The notes under the pieces: generated by a model
The model's input: only the letters and a program-made list of their open reading frames with translations
Told to the model about the DNA's origin: nothing
Database searches by the model: none
Source of the DNA: a virus
Length of the DNA: 64,000 nt
Direction: 5' to 3' (one strand)
IMG/VR virus record: IMGVR_UViG_3300012953_000001
Location: 64,001-128,000 of that record
Made by a program: the position numbers and the translations under genes
Shown here: positions 28,130-39,700 of the stretch, in pieces
How the letters are laid out: each line of letters starts with the position of its first letter
Position numbering within the stretch: the stretch's first letter is position 1

Positions 28130-31100
28130 TTATCTCGCCTTGTTGAGGATAATGCCTGCCAAATCCTCCATAATATGGAAGCGCTTGTTCAGGTAGATTA
28201 TATTTTCGTCCCGAACGATACGTACAACACGATTCTCATCATGAGTTAAGAACGCAACCTTCTGTGGGAACTCAACGTAGCCCACGCCTTTTCGAGCCAG
28301 CAACGCGGCAACGTCATAAAGCTCAAGCGGTTTGTTGGGATACAGGGTCTTGAAAAAATCCTCCAAAAGGCCGAAGACTTCTGAGTTCCCTAGCGAGGTG
28401 TCTCCATAGCTCAACCCGGCCAAAGGATACGCTGGGAAATAGTGTCGAGAGAGTGGGTTGTTGCATACAACGCGCAGGTCTCGGCTGAGTAAAAGTGATT
28501 GTACATCTTGTACCGGCTGTGACCTTTCGTAGGTCAAAGTTACCTCTGCGCCAGGAAGCGCATAGACATCTTTTAGGTCGCCCGATGTATCAGACAGCGC
28601 TATTGCTGTGGTCCTAATACTCGACTCCTCCCCAAGACTGTAGGAGTAGTTGCTATTCTTTACAACGACCTCGTACCCAAGAGATTTGTGATTGATCACA
28701 TCAAGCTGTTGCTGGTCGTCAACCAGCCCATCTTTCACATTGGGGTCATATGAGGTCAGTGTGATTTTAGCGGAGTACAGACCATACTCATTCGGGACCA
28801 TGTCCGTTGGGTACACGCGCTGGTACTTCTCACGCAACACATCCACGAACACCACTTCAGGGTCTCCTGCTACCGGAGTAGGTTGCCCATCTGAGTTAAC
28901 CACCGAGATACGCCACTGCGCATTCCCTGTGCCTGTGCTGGCGGAGTCTACGTACGTGACGGCTGTGACTGTGTAGGGGTCAAATAGCTCCCACCCTGCT
29001 GGGTAGAAGTTATTGTCCTGGTGGTCTAATGTCTGGCACCTAAGCTCCTCCAGAACACCAATGGTTCCCTCATTAAGCAACTGTACTGCTTTGCTGGAGG
29101 CTATCTGTAGATAGTAATGCTCTGCATTCGTGGGATCTTCCCAGATAGATGCTTTGAGGGAGTCCCCCACCTGACGGTTAATATCCGCCACTGCTTGCTC
29201 TAGCGTGGTCGGGTTTGGACCACTGAAGCTTACAGACCTTCGTTCCCCATCTATCAAGATGGTCAAGACCTTACCTGCGAGGGTAAGATTCTCATCCTCT
29301 AGGAATGGGTCTTGTCCATTAAACAGGTTGGAACGGAACTGCCGCGTCTTTATTACTAAACGATCTCCAACAGAAATCCCATGCTTAAAGAAGTTCTCGT
29401 CTTCACTGATGATAACCCCAGGCGTTGCCGGGTTGATCGTTAAATCAGACGATGCGTAATCTGTTGAGTAAAGCAGAGCGGACTCTAAGGGGGACGGCCT
29501 AAACTGGTATGTCTTTTTGTCGGCCACACTTTTGTAGCTGAAGATTGTATCGGGCCCTGCTTCAAAATACGTCGGGTCTCGGAATACAATCTCTGCACTA
29601 CCAATAGCAGGTCTGCCCAAGGTGAATCTGATGTTCTCAATACTGCTTAATAAGCCTTCAATGGGCCTATCCAAAATCAGTGTGTTGAGCGATGTGCCCC
29701 CAGCAGCATTATCTGTGTCCGTATGCGTAAACCCTTCTACATAAAAATACTTATCCGGGTCTTCAAGAGTATCAATCCGAACAACGTCATACTTGAGTAC
29801 GTTCCACTCAGTAACAAAGTCCTCGCCCTCATGCACAACTAAGTGTGCTTTGGGGTTAGCCGCGTTACCGTTTTCATCGGCACCAATGAGAATTGTAGGT
29901 TCCCATGTTCCTATGGGGTCTTCTCCGATTGATTCCTCATTGATCGGATCGTCATTCATCCCTGCGAACGAGCTAGAGATAATATCTACAGGGTTCTTGT
30001 ATGGAACCGAAACGCCCTCCGTGTCTCCTCCTGAGAGGGAAACAGCTTTAAGCCTAACCAGAGGTAATTCAACACCTGCGGCTTGCTTAGAGTAAACCCT
30101 GTAAGAAAGTCCCGAACCTGTTTCAGGAATAGACTCCTCCAGTACCAGAGTGTTTAGATTCTTACCAATAATCCGGTATTCCCCACGAGACGTATTAGAA
30201 TCGATAGAAATATAAAGAGACGTGTCCGAAGGGCTTGTTCCAAAGTTAAATCCAGAAGGACAGAAAACAGAGAAATCGTTCTTCTGCACAACTAGGTCGT
30301 TGCCTTGTTGGTGAACAACGAGCGGTTTATTAATGCTAGTTGTGCACCCAAACAACGCTCTAAACCTTAGGTTCGCATACGCAGCCCCGTCAGGAAATTT
30401 ACCGTCGATCCTCACACCACCATTTGGGGAAGACGACTGTGTATGAATAGCCCGGAAAAACCTCGGTTGCAGGTCGCCAGAAGGTGGGTCCAGAATTTCA
30501 ATAACTAGATTATCTAGCGAAATGTCCGTCCCTGGTGCGGGGTCATAGTGTTGAACAATAGCTGCCAGTAAATCACCGCTGTCAAAATGCGTTGGGTCAG
30601 TAACTGCGTCAATGCCACCATCAGAAGCAGACACAAGGACCTCGTGTGACGGAGGCGGGTCTTGCGGCGTAGGCGCTGGAAGCGCGTCCGGGTCTATCGC
30701 TTCTGGCTGTAGCAAAATAGGTGCAGTCGTTTGTTCAGCGACAGAGGTTGCCTTGATGTAGACATCGGTCATCCCGCCGATGTGAACCTCATTAGCCTTA
30801 ATCTCGAAATCTCCCCCAAACCAATCAGGGAATGGAGTACTGCCTGGAATACCAGAAACTACAATGCCAGAGTCTTCGGTATCCTCTGCCGCTTGCGCGT
30901 AAACCTGCACAATCTGATTGTTTAACAGGCGGTTTGTGGAGATAGGGTTTGCGTATGGAAACTCTACTCCACCGTAGTGCGCGGGACCAGATGGGTGTGG
31001 CACTAAAAACCCGGAGCTTCCCGTGTAATTAATGTAGGACATCTCATCCAGATCAAACTCTGTTACTGTCGGGTCTTGTGGATTTTTGAGTTTTGTCGCA

Positions 31101-34100
31101 CCGGGAACAACCGGTAACGAACAGCGCGTAAGAATATAATCGTCAAGAGTCCCATCTCCGTCTAAGTCTAGGGCCGTGCCTGCTACGGTACTTCCGGTAA
31201 GTGTGTAACGGGCCTTTGCGTAAGACATCTGGTCTGCCGAGTCATACTGCCCAGTGGGCCACACGTGCGCGTGACCTTTTCCTTGTGCGTCCATGCTGAT
31301 TGCTTCACCAGAAATACATGCTGCGGAGGCGGGTGCCCCCAAGCTTCTGTGAGCCTCTGTGAAGCCTTTGCCTAATCTAAGCCATAAAGCTCGTCGTTTA
31401 TTTACTTCACCATCATTCTCGCTCCACCTGTAGGTGGTGGCGTGGTTGTCGCCCGTATCAGGATCCCATCTGCTGCCACGGTAGTTACTATTTCCACGAG
31501 CAACAACGTGCCCAGTTGTTGTGCTCAGAGTATCTGTACCGTACATGCCCGGTCGTTTATAGGCAGGGGCATAGGCGAAATCATCATAAGAAACACCAAG
31601 GTCTCCACTGGGAGAAATGGTCTCTACTTTGTTCCGGTAGACAGACCAACAGACCTTAAACGGGTTTAGGTAATAGTTGTAGCCTATGGTAAACGCTGGT
31701 GACTCCCTGTTAGGGTCGTTCGCATTTAGTGCTTGGTTTGAGCCTCCGACCTGTGGGATCTCATTTGCGTTAAACTCAAGAGTAATAAGGCCCTGGGAGT
31801 ACTCTATCTCAGCCTTCTCAACCCAAAGACCGTTGACCTCCTCAAGCTCTAGAGCAAGATTAACTGCGTCCTGTAGGTTGGCTGCTCCCACAGCCGCTGC
31901 CATAGCATCAATAGGCGTAGGCCAAACCTGTGTCAGCCTCCCATCCCCAGTATCATCAAAAATATACCAAGTACCTGCGTTGTCAGGGTCTTTGTTAATG
32001 TCCCAGTAGTGAAGTCTTGCACTCCCTCTTTGTATGGGCGTGTTCGCCATTGTCAGAGTAAAGCGAGCCTCCATACCGTCAATGACAGGAACAGTCTCTA
32101 GAATCTCATGCCCAAAAAGGTCTAAGTCAGCGGCTTCGTCGTACACCTCGGGGTAGACATTACCTGCTAATAATACCGGGTCTGTAGCTGGATTATCCAC
32201 AGCTTGATCACACCCAACTTGAACTATCGGACCAAACCCGTAGTTGAACCCGCCTTCCAGTTCCCCGCTCTTGTTCCCTACCTGCGCGGCATACGGAGGA
32301 ATAACAGGCATTGCCTGATTCCAAGTGCCATTTGTAAATGGTGCAGCCGGTGTAGCGTAGTCTCTGTGCGCGAAGTAATACGAGGTGCCGTTATTTTGAG
32401 ACCCTGGCACGGTCGAATACACTCGAAACTTTCCGTCAGCCAGTGGCCCTAGTGGCTCTGCGGCCCAGTCCGTAGGACCTCCATAATTGGTAAGGGGATT
32501 TCCATCGAAGTCTGTTGCGGGATATCCGGGCTTCCCGTTAACCACATCAATTAGTTCCTGAATAAGATGCTGCATCTCTGGCGCGGTACCGTTTTCGAGG
32601 TTCCCCCCAGGAGGCAGTCCTTGTGCATTTTGTTTGCAGAAGAAGCCGTCATTATCGACCGCAATCATCTCACCATACTTGCCCCAGAGTTTGCTCGTGA
32701 TTGTGAACTGTACCTCTAAGCCCACGACCTGCACTTGCATGTCTACTTCAAAGCCGTTGATGGCCGCATTCATAGCGTCCCACTCTGCTTTTAATCCCGC
32801 AGCCCAGTCTCCAACGTAGGTGCCTCCATTATATATGGAAGCGCTATCGTCCACCTCCACAAACCCGCCCACTACATTTGGGTTTGCTGGGTCCGCAAGA
32901 GGACAAATGATCTTCATGATCCCGCCTGGGTAATCTCCCGGGGCTGATTCTGTGAGTAGTGCTGAATCTACAGTGAAGGTTTTGGAAGCAAGTCCTGCCC
33001 CTCCGTTCCAAGAGTGCTTAAGATCGATGTCTTGTTGCCACATCGTCCCATCAATCCACACCTCCATCACTGTGGATTCCCTGTTGGGGTTGGTCATCAC
33101 ATCAAAGTCTGGAATTTGCGGAACGTCCGTCGCCTCAATAACCGCACTAGCGCCCGGAGAAAACTGCGCGAAGTTGTACTCGTGAAGAGGGCCAAAGTCC
33201 AACCCCTCAACCCTTGTGCGCCAGGGAGTCCCTGCGCCAACCTTCTTCACGCGGCCCCAGCCCTGCCAGAGCATGTCGTCGTCTACATTCTGTAGCTTGC
33301 CATCAAAGCTCTCGCGGAAAACGGTACAAGCTACATGCTGCCCAGCAGTGACACCTCGGTCAGCCCATTTCGGCTGCGTATGGTGGAGGATGAGGTCTAC
33401 CTCTGCGGGATGGCTCAATACATTCCAAGAGGACGATTCAGGGATAATCGAAGGAAGGTCATTCATTACCTGAAGTGAGCATCCCGGATTTCTACCTACC
33501 TCTTCTTTTTCTTTTCCACCATAAACCAAGCTAGGATCTTGTGAGTCTTGCGTGTAGTACGGCGTACCATAGTCGTATAATCTTGGGCGTTCCCGCATCA
33601 TGGAGAACACCAAGTTTGGATCAAAATTGTACTCAAGCTTGCCCGGATAAACAGTCCTGTTCTTACTGACAAGGAAACTGTCTACCCTGCCAACACCAAG
33701 CTCTGTACTTGAGTAAAACCTCGTAAGAGGCCACATCTGCAATTTCTCTGGGAGCGTAAGCCCCAGTGGTTGCGCAGCAGCTGTCTGGCTAAACGTAGAG
33801 TCTTCAGTCCAAGTAATTAAGAAATCTCGCCCGGGGACAACAGACCCCGGAATGTCCTCAGGGACAAAGTTCGTTTTTACGTGATCGGTGAATGGTAGAT
33901 GGGCCCCTAGAACAATGTCAGAGCCCTCTTTCTCACCAATCATTTTAAACATGGAGCCTTGTGCAGATCTCCGGTTAAGCCCCATCTCTGGGTCGCTAGT
34001 GTGGAGAGTCCCGATAGCGGGTACTTCTCCGAGAATGTCCACTGGCTCTGGGTAGATATCAAAGTCTTTGAGCTTTATGTAAATAGCATAATCAGACCCA

Positions 34101-35350
34101 GGATTTAGATAGGCACTCTCCACTGCTCGGACACGATTTAAAAGCGCATCGTTATATGTGTTATCCCTAAACCAATGGTTGGCACCAGCCTGCCCAACAT
34201 CATCTCCCCAGTTAGGAGCGCCGCCCTTGCTGGGAATAGGGTTTAGGTTATCGTTATGCGACCATGTAAGACCGCTGCCATCTGCGAGACGGATATACTT
34301 CGCGCTTAACAGTGCTGTTTTAAGCGCATCAGGCCAATCACCGTCACCAGCAACACCACCCCCAGCGTCAGATGCGGGAGGCATCAACTTTAGTACATTG
34401 GTGAATGGTAAAATACAGGAGCCACCGAAAATTGGATGCGACTTCCAATTAGCGGTCATATAAACAAGTGGTCCTAAGTTCTCATCGTACTCAGGCTTTA
34501 CTCTTGCCTGAAGGATATCTCTCTGCATGTCTGGCTCGCCGTGGCCAACGACAGACACAGAAACAATTTCCTCATAGCTATTAAGGATCTCGGTCTCAAT
34601 CCCTCGTTTGGTGTTCAGCGAACGCTCAGACAGACTTCGGGCAGCGCGAACTAGGAACTCCTCGTTAGTCTCCTTGGTAACCCCGCCAGTCATAGCGCTA
34701 AGATTGGTTACTCTGGAGACGCCGTCTAAACCGGTCTGGTAGCGGATAGCTCCCGCTGCGATGTTCATAGACGCATTGGGCTGCTGGGAGCGGACAGGAA
34801 TATCTATGTAATACTTCCCGCCTGAACGGACCATCTCATTGGGCGCGTATGTGTACGCTTCTTCCGCAGCAAAAGTTTCTCCCTTGGCTGTGGAGAAAGT
34901 GATGGACGCATCAACGCCCACAGATCGAGCATTATTAAAGTAGACCCTAACCGTTCCTCTAGCGTAGTCGCCCCACTGTCGCTCCGAGAGGACATTAGAT
35001 AGTAAAGCGTCCATCTCGGCTTCTGTCAGCGTAACAACATCTGACAAAGACTTCTGTGTTCTTAAGAACTCAATCTCCCTCTGCAAAGGCTCAAGGATGA
35101 GCGCCAAAGGGCTAACCAGAACATCTCGTATAATTGATCCTGGGCTTTGAACGTCGAACTGTGGGTACTCATCCTGTAATCGAGAGATAATGAAGGTTTC
35201 GATGTCTACTTTGTACGGATCAGTCCCAAGCCTCTTAATGAGTGGGTCGATGACCTTAACATACATCATAGAGCCCGACTGGTCGTTAAGCGTCGGGTCG
35301 AGGTCGAGAAGTCTCTCTACTAAGAATGTTTTTAATTGATCTATAGCCAT
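28130..35350 (-). CDS. Baseplate J / gp6-like wedge protein with very large insertions
   Basis: ARGTVRVYF...ITFST...DIPVRS...NIAAGAI...VTNLSAMTGGVTKETNEEFLVRA is the Baseplate_J signature; 2406 aa. Confidence 0.85.
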   Translation of the reverse strand: MAIDQLKTFLVERLLDLDPTLNDQSGSMMYVKVIDPLIKRLGTDPYKVDIETFIISRLQDEYPQFDVQSPGSIIRDVLVSPLALILEPLQREIEFLRTQKSLSDVVTLTEAEMDALLSNVLSERQWGDYARGTVRVYFNNARSVGVDASITFSTAKGETFAAEEAYTYAPNEMVRSGGKYYIDIPVRSQQPNASMNIAAGAIRYQTGLDGVSRVTNLSAMTGGVTKETNEEFLVRAARSLSERSLNTKRGIETEILNSYEEIVSVSVVGHGEPDMQRDILQARVKPEYDENLGPLVYMTANWKSHPIFGGSCILPFTNVLKLMPPASDAGGGVAGDGDWPDALKTALLSAKYIRLADGSGLTWSHNDNLNPIPSKGGAPNWGDDVGQAGANHWFRDNTYNDALLNRVRAVESAYLNPGSDYAIYIKLKDFDIYPEPVDILGEVPAIGTLHTSDPEMGLNRRSAQGSMFKMIGEKEGSDIVLGAHLPFTDHVKTNFVPEDIPGSVVPGRDFLITWTEDSTFSQTAAAQPLGLTLPEKLQMWPLTRFYSSTELGVGRVDSFLVSKNRTVYPGKLEYNFDPNLVFSMMRERPRLYDYGTPYYTQDSQDPSLVYGGKEKEEVGRNPGCSLQVMNDLPSIIPESSSWNVLSHPAEVDLILHHTQPKWADRGVTAGQHVACTVFRESFDGKLQNVDDDMLWQGWGRVKKVGAGTPWRTRVEGLDFGPLHEYNFAQFSPGASAVIEATDVPQIPDFDVMTNPNRESTVMEVWIDGTMWQQDIDLKHSWNGGAGLASKTFTVDSALLTESAPGDYPGGIMKIICPLADPANPNVVGGFVEVDDSASIYNGGTYVGDWAAGLKAEWDAMNAAINGFEVDMQVQVVGLEVQFTITSKLWGKYGEMIAVDNDGFFCKQNAQGLPPGGNLENGTAPEMQHLIQELIDVVNGKPGYPATDFDGNPLTNYGGPTDWAAEPLGPLADGKFRVYSTVPGSQNNGTSYYFAHRDYATPAAPFTNGTWNQAMPVIPPYAAQVGNKSGELEGGFNYGFGPIVQVGCDQAVDNPATDPVLLAGNVYPEVYDEAADLDLFGHEILETVPVIDGMEARFTLTMANTPIQRGSARLHYWDINKDPDNAGTWYIFDDTGDGRLTQVWPTPIDAMAAAVGAANLQDAVNLALELEEVNGLWVEKAEIEYSQGLITLEFNANEIPQVGGSNQALNANDPNRESPAFTIGYNYYLNPFKVCWSVYRNKVETISPSGDLGVSYDDFAYAPAYKRPGMYGTDTLSTTTGHVVARGNSNYRGSRWDPDTGDNHATTYRWSENDGEVNKRRALWLRLGKGFTEAHRSLGAPASAACISGEAISMDAQGKGHAHVWPTGQYDSADQMSYAKARYTLTGSTVAGTALDLDGDGTLDDYILTRCSLPVVPGATKLKNPQDPTVTEFDLDEMSYINYTGSSGFLVPHPSGPAHYGGVEFPYANPISTNRLLNNQIVQVYAQAAEDTEDSGIVVSGIPGSTPFPDWFGGDFEIKANEVHIGGMTDVYIKATSVAEQTTAPILLQPEAIDPDALPAPTPQDPPPSHEVLVSASDGGIDAVTDPTHFDSGDLLAAIVQHYDPAPGTDISLDNLVIEILDPPSGDLQPRFFRAIHTQSSSPNGGVRIDGKFPDGAAYANLRFRALFGCTTSINKPLVVHQQGNDLVVQKNDFSVFCPSGFNFGTSPSDTSLYISIDSNTSRGEYRIIGKNLNTLVLEESIPETGSGLSYRVYSKQAAGVELPLVRLKAVSLSGGDTEGVSVPYKNPVDIISSSFAGMNDDPINEESIGEDPIGTWEPTILIGADENGNAANPKAHLVVHEGEDFVTEWNVLKYDVVRIDTLEDPDKYFYVEGFTHTDTDNAAGGTSLNTLILDRPIEGLLSSIENIRFTLGRPAIGSAEIVFRDPTYFEAGPDTIFSYKSVADKKTYQFRPSPLESALLYSTDYASSDLTINPATPGVIISEDENFFKHGISVGDRLVIKTRQFRSNLFNGQDPFLEDENLTLAGKVLTILIDGERRSVSFSGPNPTTLEQAVADINRQVGDSLKASIWEDPTNAEHYYLQIASSKAVQLLNEGTIGVLEELRCQTLDHQDNNFYPAGWELFDPYTVTAVTYVDSASTGTGNAQWRISVVNSDGQPTPVAGDPEVVFVDVLREKYQRVYPTDMVPNEYGLYSAKITLTSYDPNVKDGLVDDQQQLDVINHKSLGYEVVVKNSNYSYSLGEESSIRTTAIALSDTSGDLKDVYALPGAEVTLTYERSQPVQDVQSLLLSRDLRVVCNNPLSRHYFPAYPLAGLSYGDTSLGNSEVFGLLEDFFKTLYPNKPLELYDVAALLARKGVGYVEFPQKVAFLTHDENRVVRIVRDENIIYLNKRFHIMEDLAGIILNKAR

Positions 35351-35357
35351 TATAACC

Positions 35358-36392
35358 TCACTCGCCTACAGGCAGGCCTTCATAGCCTTGACTTTGAACT
35401 ATGCTCTCAATGGCGTCATGTGCAGTGCCGATCATTAAAGAGACAGTTGCCTGTCTACGAGCAAAAGTATTCAACCTGATTGTTAAATTGACCACCGAAG
35501 GGTCATCCTTATCATAATTCACACTTAGAACTTCAACATCACTTAACCGCTCAGTGGGAGGCAATTGACCCCAACCCTGTCTTGCGGAAAACATCAAGCC
35601 CGCTTGTATTATCTTCAATGTGGTCTTTGCCACAAGCACAGAAGGATTACTTGTGGGGGTATTTTGTCCAACCCAGTTTTGAAGATTGCCTCCGGTTTTT
35701 TTATCGAAGACATCTGAGCCTGGGGTGGTCATGAGAACTTTTATAAATTGCTGCACAAGCTTGAACTCACCCTCAACCGTCTGCGGCTCAGAGGAAAACA
35801 AGTAGGCGAACATAGACCTGCGGTTGATAGACTTAGAGTTAGTAATAACCTCAACGTCTTCAATTGCCTGCGCTTTGGGGGGAAGAGAGCAGAGGATCAT
35901 CTGGTTGTTCATTACTGTGAACGGGACAGTCCGCTTATTCACGTATACCGCGACAGCCTTGTTGAACTTGTCTCCCCTGAGTTGAAGGATTCCACCGTCA
36001 ACCGTAACCTTTTTTGACCCGGCCTTTGCCTGAGTATCAAGACCGCCTCCCAGAGAAACAGACTCGTTAGACACAAGGTCGTTGCCCTCCGAGTCCTTAA
36101 CTGTGCGGACAAGGTCAACAGCATTAACCATGGCCATATTTTGGCCCTGCCGCAGCATGTCTAATGGGAGGGCTATAAGAAGGTTGTAGGGGTTCTCCAA
36201 GAAGAAATTAGCGTTACTGCCGTTCACCAGAACACCTGTTACGCTCTTAAAGCTCGAAGTGTCTATATTGACAAACTCTGAGGGTGGCGTTTCAGGGAGG
36301 GTTACCCGAATCATCGACATATAATTTATGCCGCGTAGCTCAGCTACATCCCGCACAAAAACTGCTTGTATATCAATCATCGGTTTCCTCAT
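35358..36392 (-). CDS. Baseplate wedge gp25-like protein with an N-terminal IPT/TIG-like domain
   Basis: KLVQQFIKVLMTTPGSDVFDKKTGGNL resembles gp25/GPW; LRGDKFNKAVAVYVN...ILCSLP is IPT-like; lies upstream of baseplate J. Confidence 0.7.
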   Translation of the reverse strand: MRKPMIDIQAVFVRDVAELRGINYMSMIRVTLPETPPSEFVNIDTSSFKSVTGVLVNGSNANFFLENPYNLLIALPLDMLRQGQNMAMVNAVDLVRTVKDSEGNDLVSNESVSLGGGLDTQAKAGSKKVTVDGGILQLRGDKFNKAVAVYVNKRTVPFTVMNNQMILCSLPPKAQAIEDVEVITNSKSINRRSMFAYLFSSEPQTVEGEFKLVQQFIKVLMTTPGSDVFDKKTGGNLQNWVGQNTPTSNPSVLVAKTTLKIIQAGLMFSARQGWGQLPPTERLSDVEVLSVNYDKDDPSVVNLTIRLNTFARRQATVSLMIGTAHDAIESIVQSQGYEGLPVGE

Positions 36393-36756
36393 CTAGGAGG
36401 CCTACATGTTCAACCTCCAACGCAGCACCAATAGCACCGCTTTTTCCATCTTCACCTATTAATAGCTCTTGAAAGTAATTGAGCCTAGAAATAAGAGTCC
36501 GTTTTGCTCCAATAAAATCACCGGGTTCGTCGTCTTTTCCTTCTTCACCTATTAGCGCTAATCTCTCAGTGAGAACCTCTGCCAAAGAGTGTCCCGTAAA
36601 ATAATCATTTGTTCTAGCCGTATACCGTAAAAATTCAAGGGCTTCCTCAATTAGCGCAGCTGTCTTCCTCTGCGCGGATTTGTCCTTTGAGTCCCCCGCT
36701 AAGAGCGTCGTAGATGGTGGATTCGTAGTAGAATCATCAGATTTAGGTCCAGCCAT
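36373..36756 (-). CDS. Hypothetical protein
   Basis: Co-oriented and tightly packed, with an upstream GGAG; no recognised family. Confidence 0.6.
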   Translation of the reverse strand: MAGPKSDDSTTNPPSTTLLAGDSKDKSAQRKTAALIEEALEFLRYTARTNDYFTGHSLAEVLTERLALIGEEGKDDEPGDFIGAKRTLISRLNYFQELLIGEDGKSGAIGAALEVEHVGLLDEETDD

Positions 36757-36758
36757 TT

Positions 36759-39700
36759 CTACAACTCCTCACCTTGTAATGGGTTTATTAGCTCATCGAC
36801 CTTATCATCCTGGCCTCTGTTGTAATAATCGTCCATGATTCCAGCGCCAAAGCTAACTTCGAAAAAGTCTGTCTCCCCACCTAATTTATCAAAAGCAGCG
36901 AGCAATAAGTTATCTATATTAGATTGCTCAGATACCTCTTCCACAGTCAGGTTTGCGAGATCCCCAAATCGTGCTGTTGTGAGCATAGACATGGGCAGAG
37001 TCAGTCTTTCCTGCTTGAGTGTACCTAGCAACTCATCCACAGTTTTGACAATATGGGCATCATACAAGAGATAGGCTTCGCGAACACTGTTCATCGCATC
37101 ACTAAGTTTCTCCAACAAAGTTACGTACTGCCCCTGTCCTGATCCAGAAGACACAAATACACGTGCTTCCCTCTGAAGCTCTCCAGATCCCGCTGCGGAA
37201 ATCAGTTCTCCCTCGGCTTTTCTTAGATCTCGAACCATAGTGATGAACTTGAACCAACCGTAAGCCACAATCTTCAAGTTCTCATATGGGTACGACACGG
37301 GAGAAACACCATCTAAAATGCGCATGGTCAATTTATTGCCTGAAACAGCTATGACTCTGCCCAACGGCCTAAGGGTTGTCCCTGTGCTCCCAGACAATTC
37401 TTCAAGGACAACGTCATTGGGATGAATCTCATACCCATCTCTTGGGTAAGTTCCTTGGAGATCTACCTCCAACTGAACCTCTGTGGAAAACCCGCTGTAC
37501 AGGTCCCCACTTGTATCAAACCCAAGCCCACCATTTACGGTAGATGTTACAGCGAGCGTACTATCTGATTCCGAGCTTTGAGACCTAGCCCGGATACGAC
37601 TTCTTGAAATATCACATGTCCAGTCGCCTTGGTTGGTAAGCTGTTCCGATTGTGTGTCGTCCACGGCAAGAGTTAGCGGGGGGTATACCTCCACTGCATA
37701 GCTTCCGCCTGAGAGCGCAGCGTAGGCGAGAACCTTGGTATGAAAAACGGGCGTGCCTCGACTGAGGGGCGCTCCTCCTGCTGACCACCTAACTCTTAAA
37801 TCATCCCCTTCCTCGGCCTGAATGTCCTCAGAAAAGGTCAACGTCTCTCCAGAGGAGTCTACTGTAAAGGAGACCCCAGTCATTAAGGTGTTTTCAGGAC
37901 AATCCACGTCCACTAAGCCAATACTGGATACTTGTGAAAACTGCGTGTCTTTTCCGAACCTCTCTTTTCGAGACGCGTACGTTGCCCCAAGAACATAGTT
38001 AGTATTCGGTAATGGGGTGCTCCAAGTTGGCGCAAAAGGTGCCGCAAGAAGTAAAGTACTCTCCAGGTAATTTGGAAAAGCCAACCTTGCCGCAGAACCC
38101 CTTTCGACATGAGGCCGAAAAAGGATGTTTGTGCTCGCCCCTTGCGCTTCTGAGGTAATAAGAAACTTATCAGTAAGGGCAGAAGAATTCAGCGCGTTCA
38201 CTAACATCTGAGGTGTGGTTATCCAGCTTGCAGGAATGCCCGGTGATAGTTCTGACGGTGTCTCGGTTATTACCGGTATTGGTGCCCCTACTAAATCGTT
38301 ATTTAGGTGCGCCCGAATAGCCGTGAATCCTGTTTGTATGCCCGAGTCCCCTGTGCTTACTGTGGCTACAGGCAGGTACTTGTAGTTTGTGTGTATTGAG
38401 GTTCCTTCGACTGCGGGGTAAGGCATCCGAATAAACATGTGTCCCGTCAGGTAGTGAACATAACCATAAGACTTGTGGTACATGTACGCCCCAGCCTGGA
38501 GATAATCTGTGGCAGCGGGGGCATATCCGTCTGTGTCCAGCAAGATCTTTCCAGTGTTATAGTTCACAGACAGACTAGGGGCAGACGCTCCTGTTGTGTT
38601 GCTCGTAACAACACAAAGATTATACCCTGGGTTGTTGGGGTCTGGGTTGGTAGTGGTTTGCCAGTCTATCAGGGCCGCGCCCATTTGCTCGGTAAGCGTG
38701 ATAGAAAGCGTAGAGTTGCTAGCAAGTTGGGCTCTAAGCTGATTGGTTGTAGGCGGATCCCCAAATCCAGGGACGGTAAACTGCTCCAGATTCCCATCAA
38801 AAGGGGTGTCTGGGTCCAGTTCATGCGGTGCCTCAGTGGTTGTACTTTTGTCTATCAGTATCCCATACCCGTTATCAACACAGTTGACCTCTACGGGTCC
38901 TTGCCCACTGTCGAAGTACCAAAAATTAACATTGACCCCGTTCTCATATCCGGGTCTTCCGTCAGATGGTCGAGTAGTTGTCTTAAGCCTCGGTATAGTT
39001 ACGATTGGGTAGCCGAGATCGTCTACCGTTCCGCCTATAAGGCCAGAGTTTTGTAGGTAAGGGTCTTCCGCGTACCCCGTAGTAGAAAACCAACGCTCTG
39101 TTGCAAGAATTTGTTTTGTATATTGCGTGTACAGCGCCCCAGCATCTGTGGACTCGAAGAGTGTGGAATTGACCAAGAAGCCATTCTCAGGTGCTCCAGA
39201 CTCAGGTCCAGAAATAGTCGCAGAAGACTGCTCATCGACCTCAAAAGTATCAGAAGCAGCACCGCCCTCAATAATGAAAGGTTTGGTGTCTCCCACCATT
39301 TCAGCGCGTGTACCCGGAAGGGTAGTCACAGAGCCTTCATACTTTGGGATGGTTACGTCTCTCTTCTTAGAAGATCTCCGACTGAGCAAAGAATTTAGTA
39401 CAACAGAATCAAGGATCGCAGCAGATAAGTCAGAACTTCCCACATGCGACTGAAGTGTCTTGGTGGCCAACTTTGCTTGGTTCTCAAGTGATAATGGCTC
39501 TAACTCAGCGGCGGTGTACTCATCGAGTGCCCCATGAAACCGTGGTATTTCCTCTAATAGGACCCCAATCAGAAAGTTAGTCTCTTCCGCTAATGCCAGT
39601 GATTGCTCTTTGGCGTACGAAGGACTAATGCCCGCATTGTGGAATCCGTCTTCGCCTACACTACTACTTACTAGTGCTTCAGTTACTCTAGAAAACTCCT

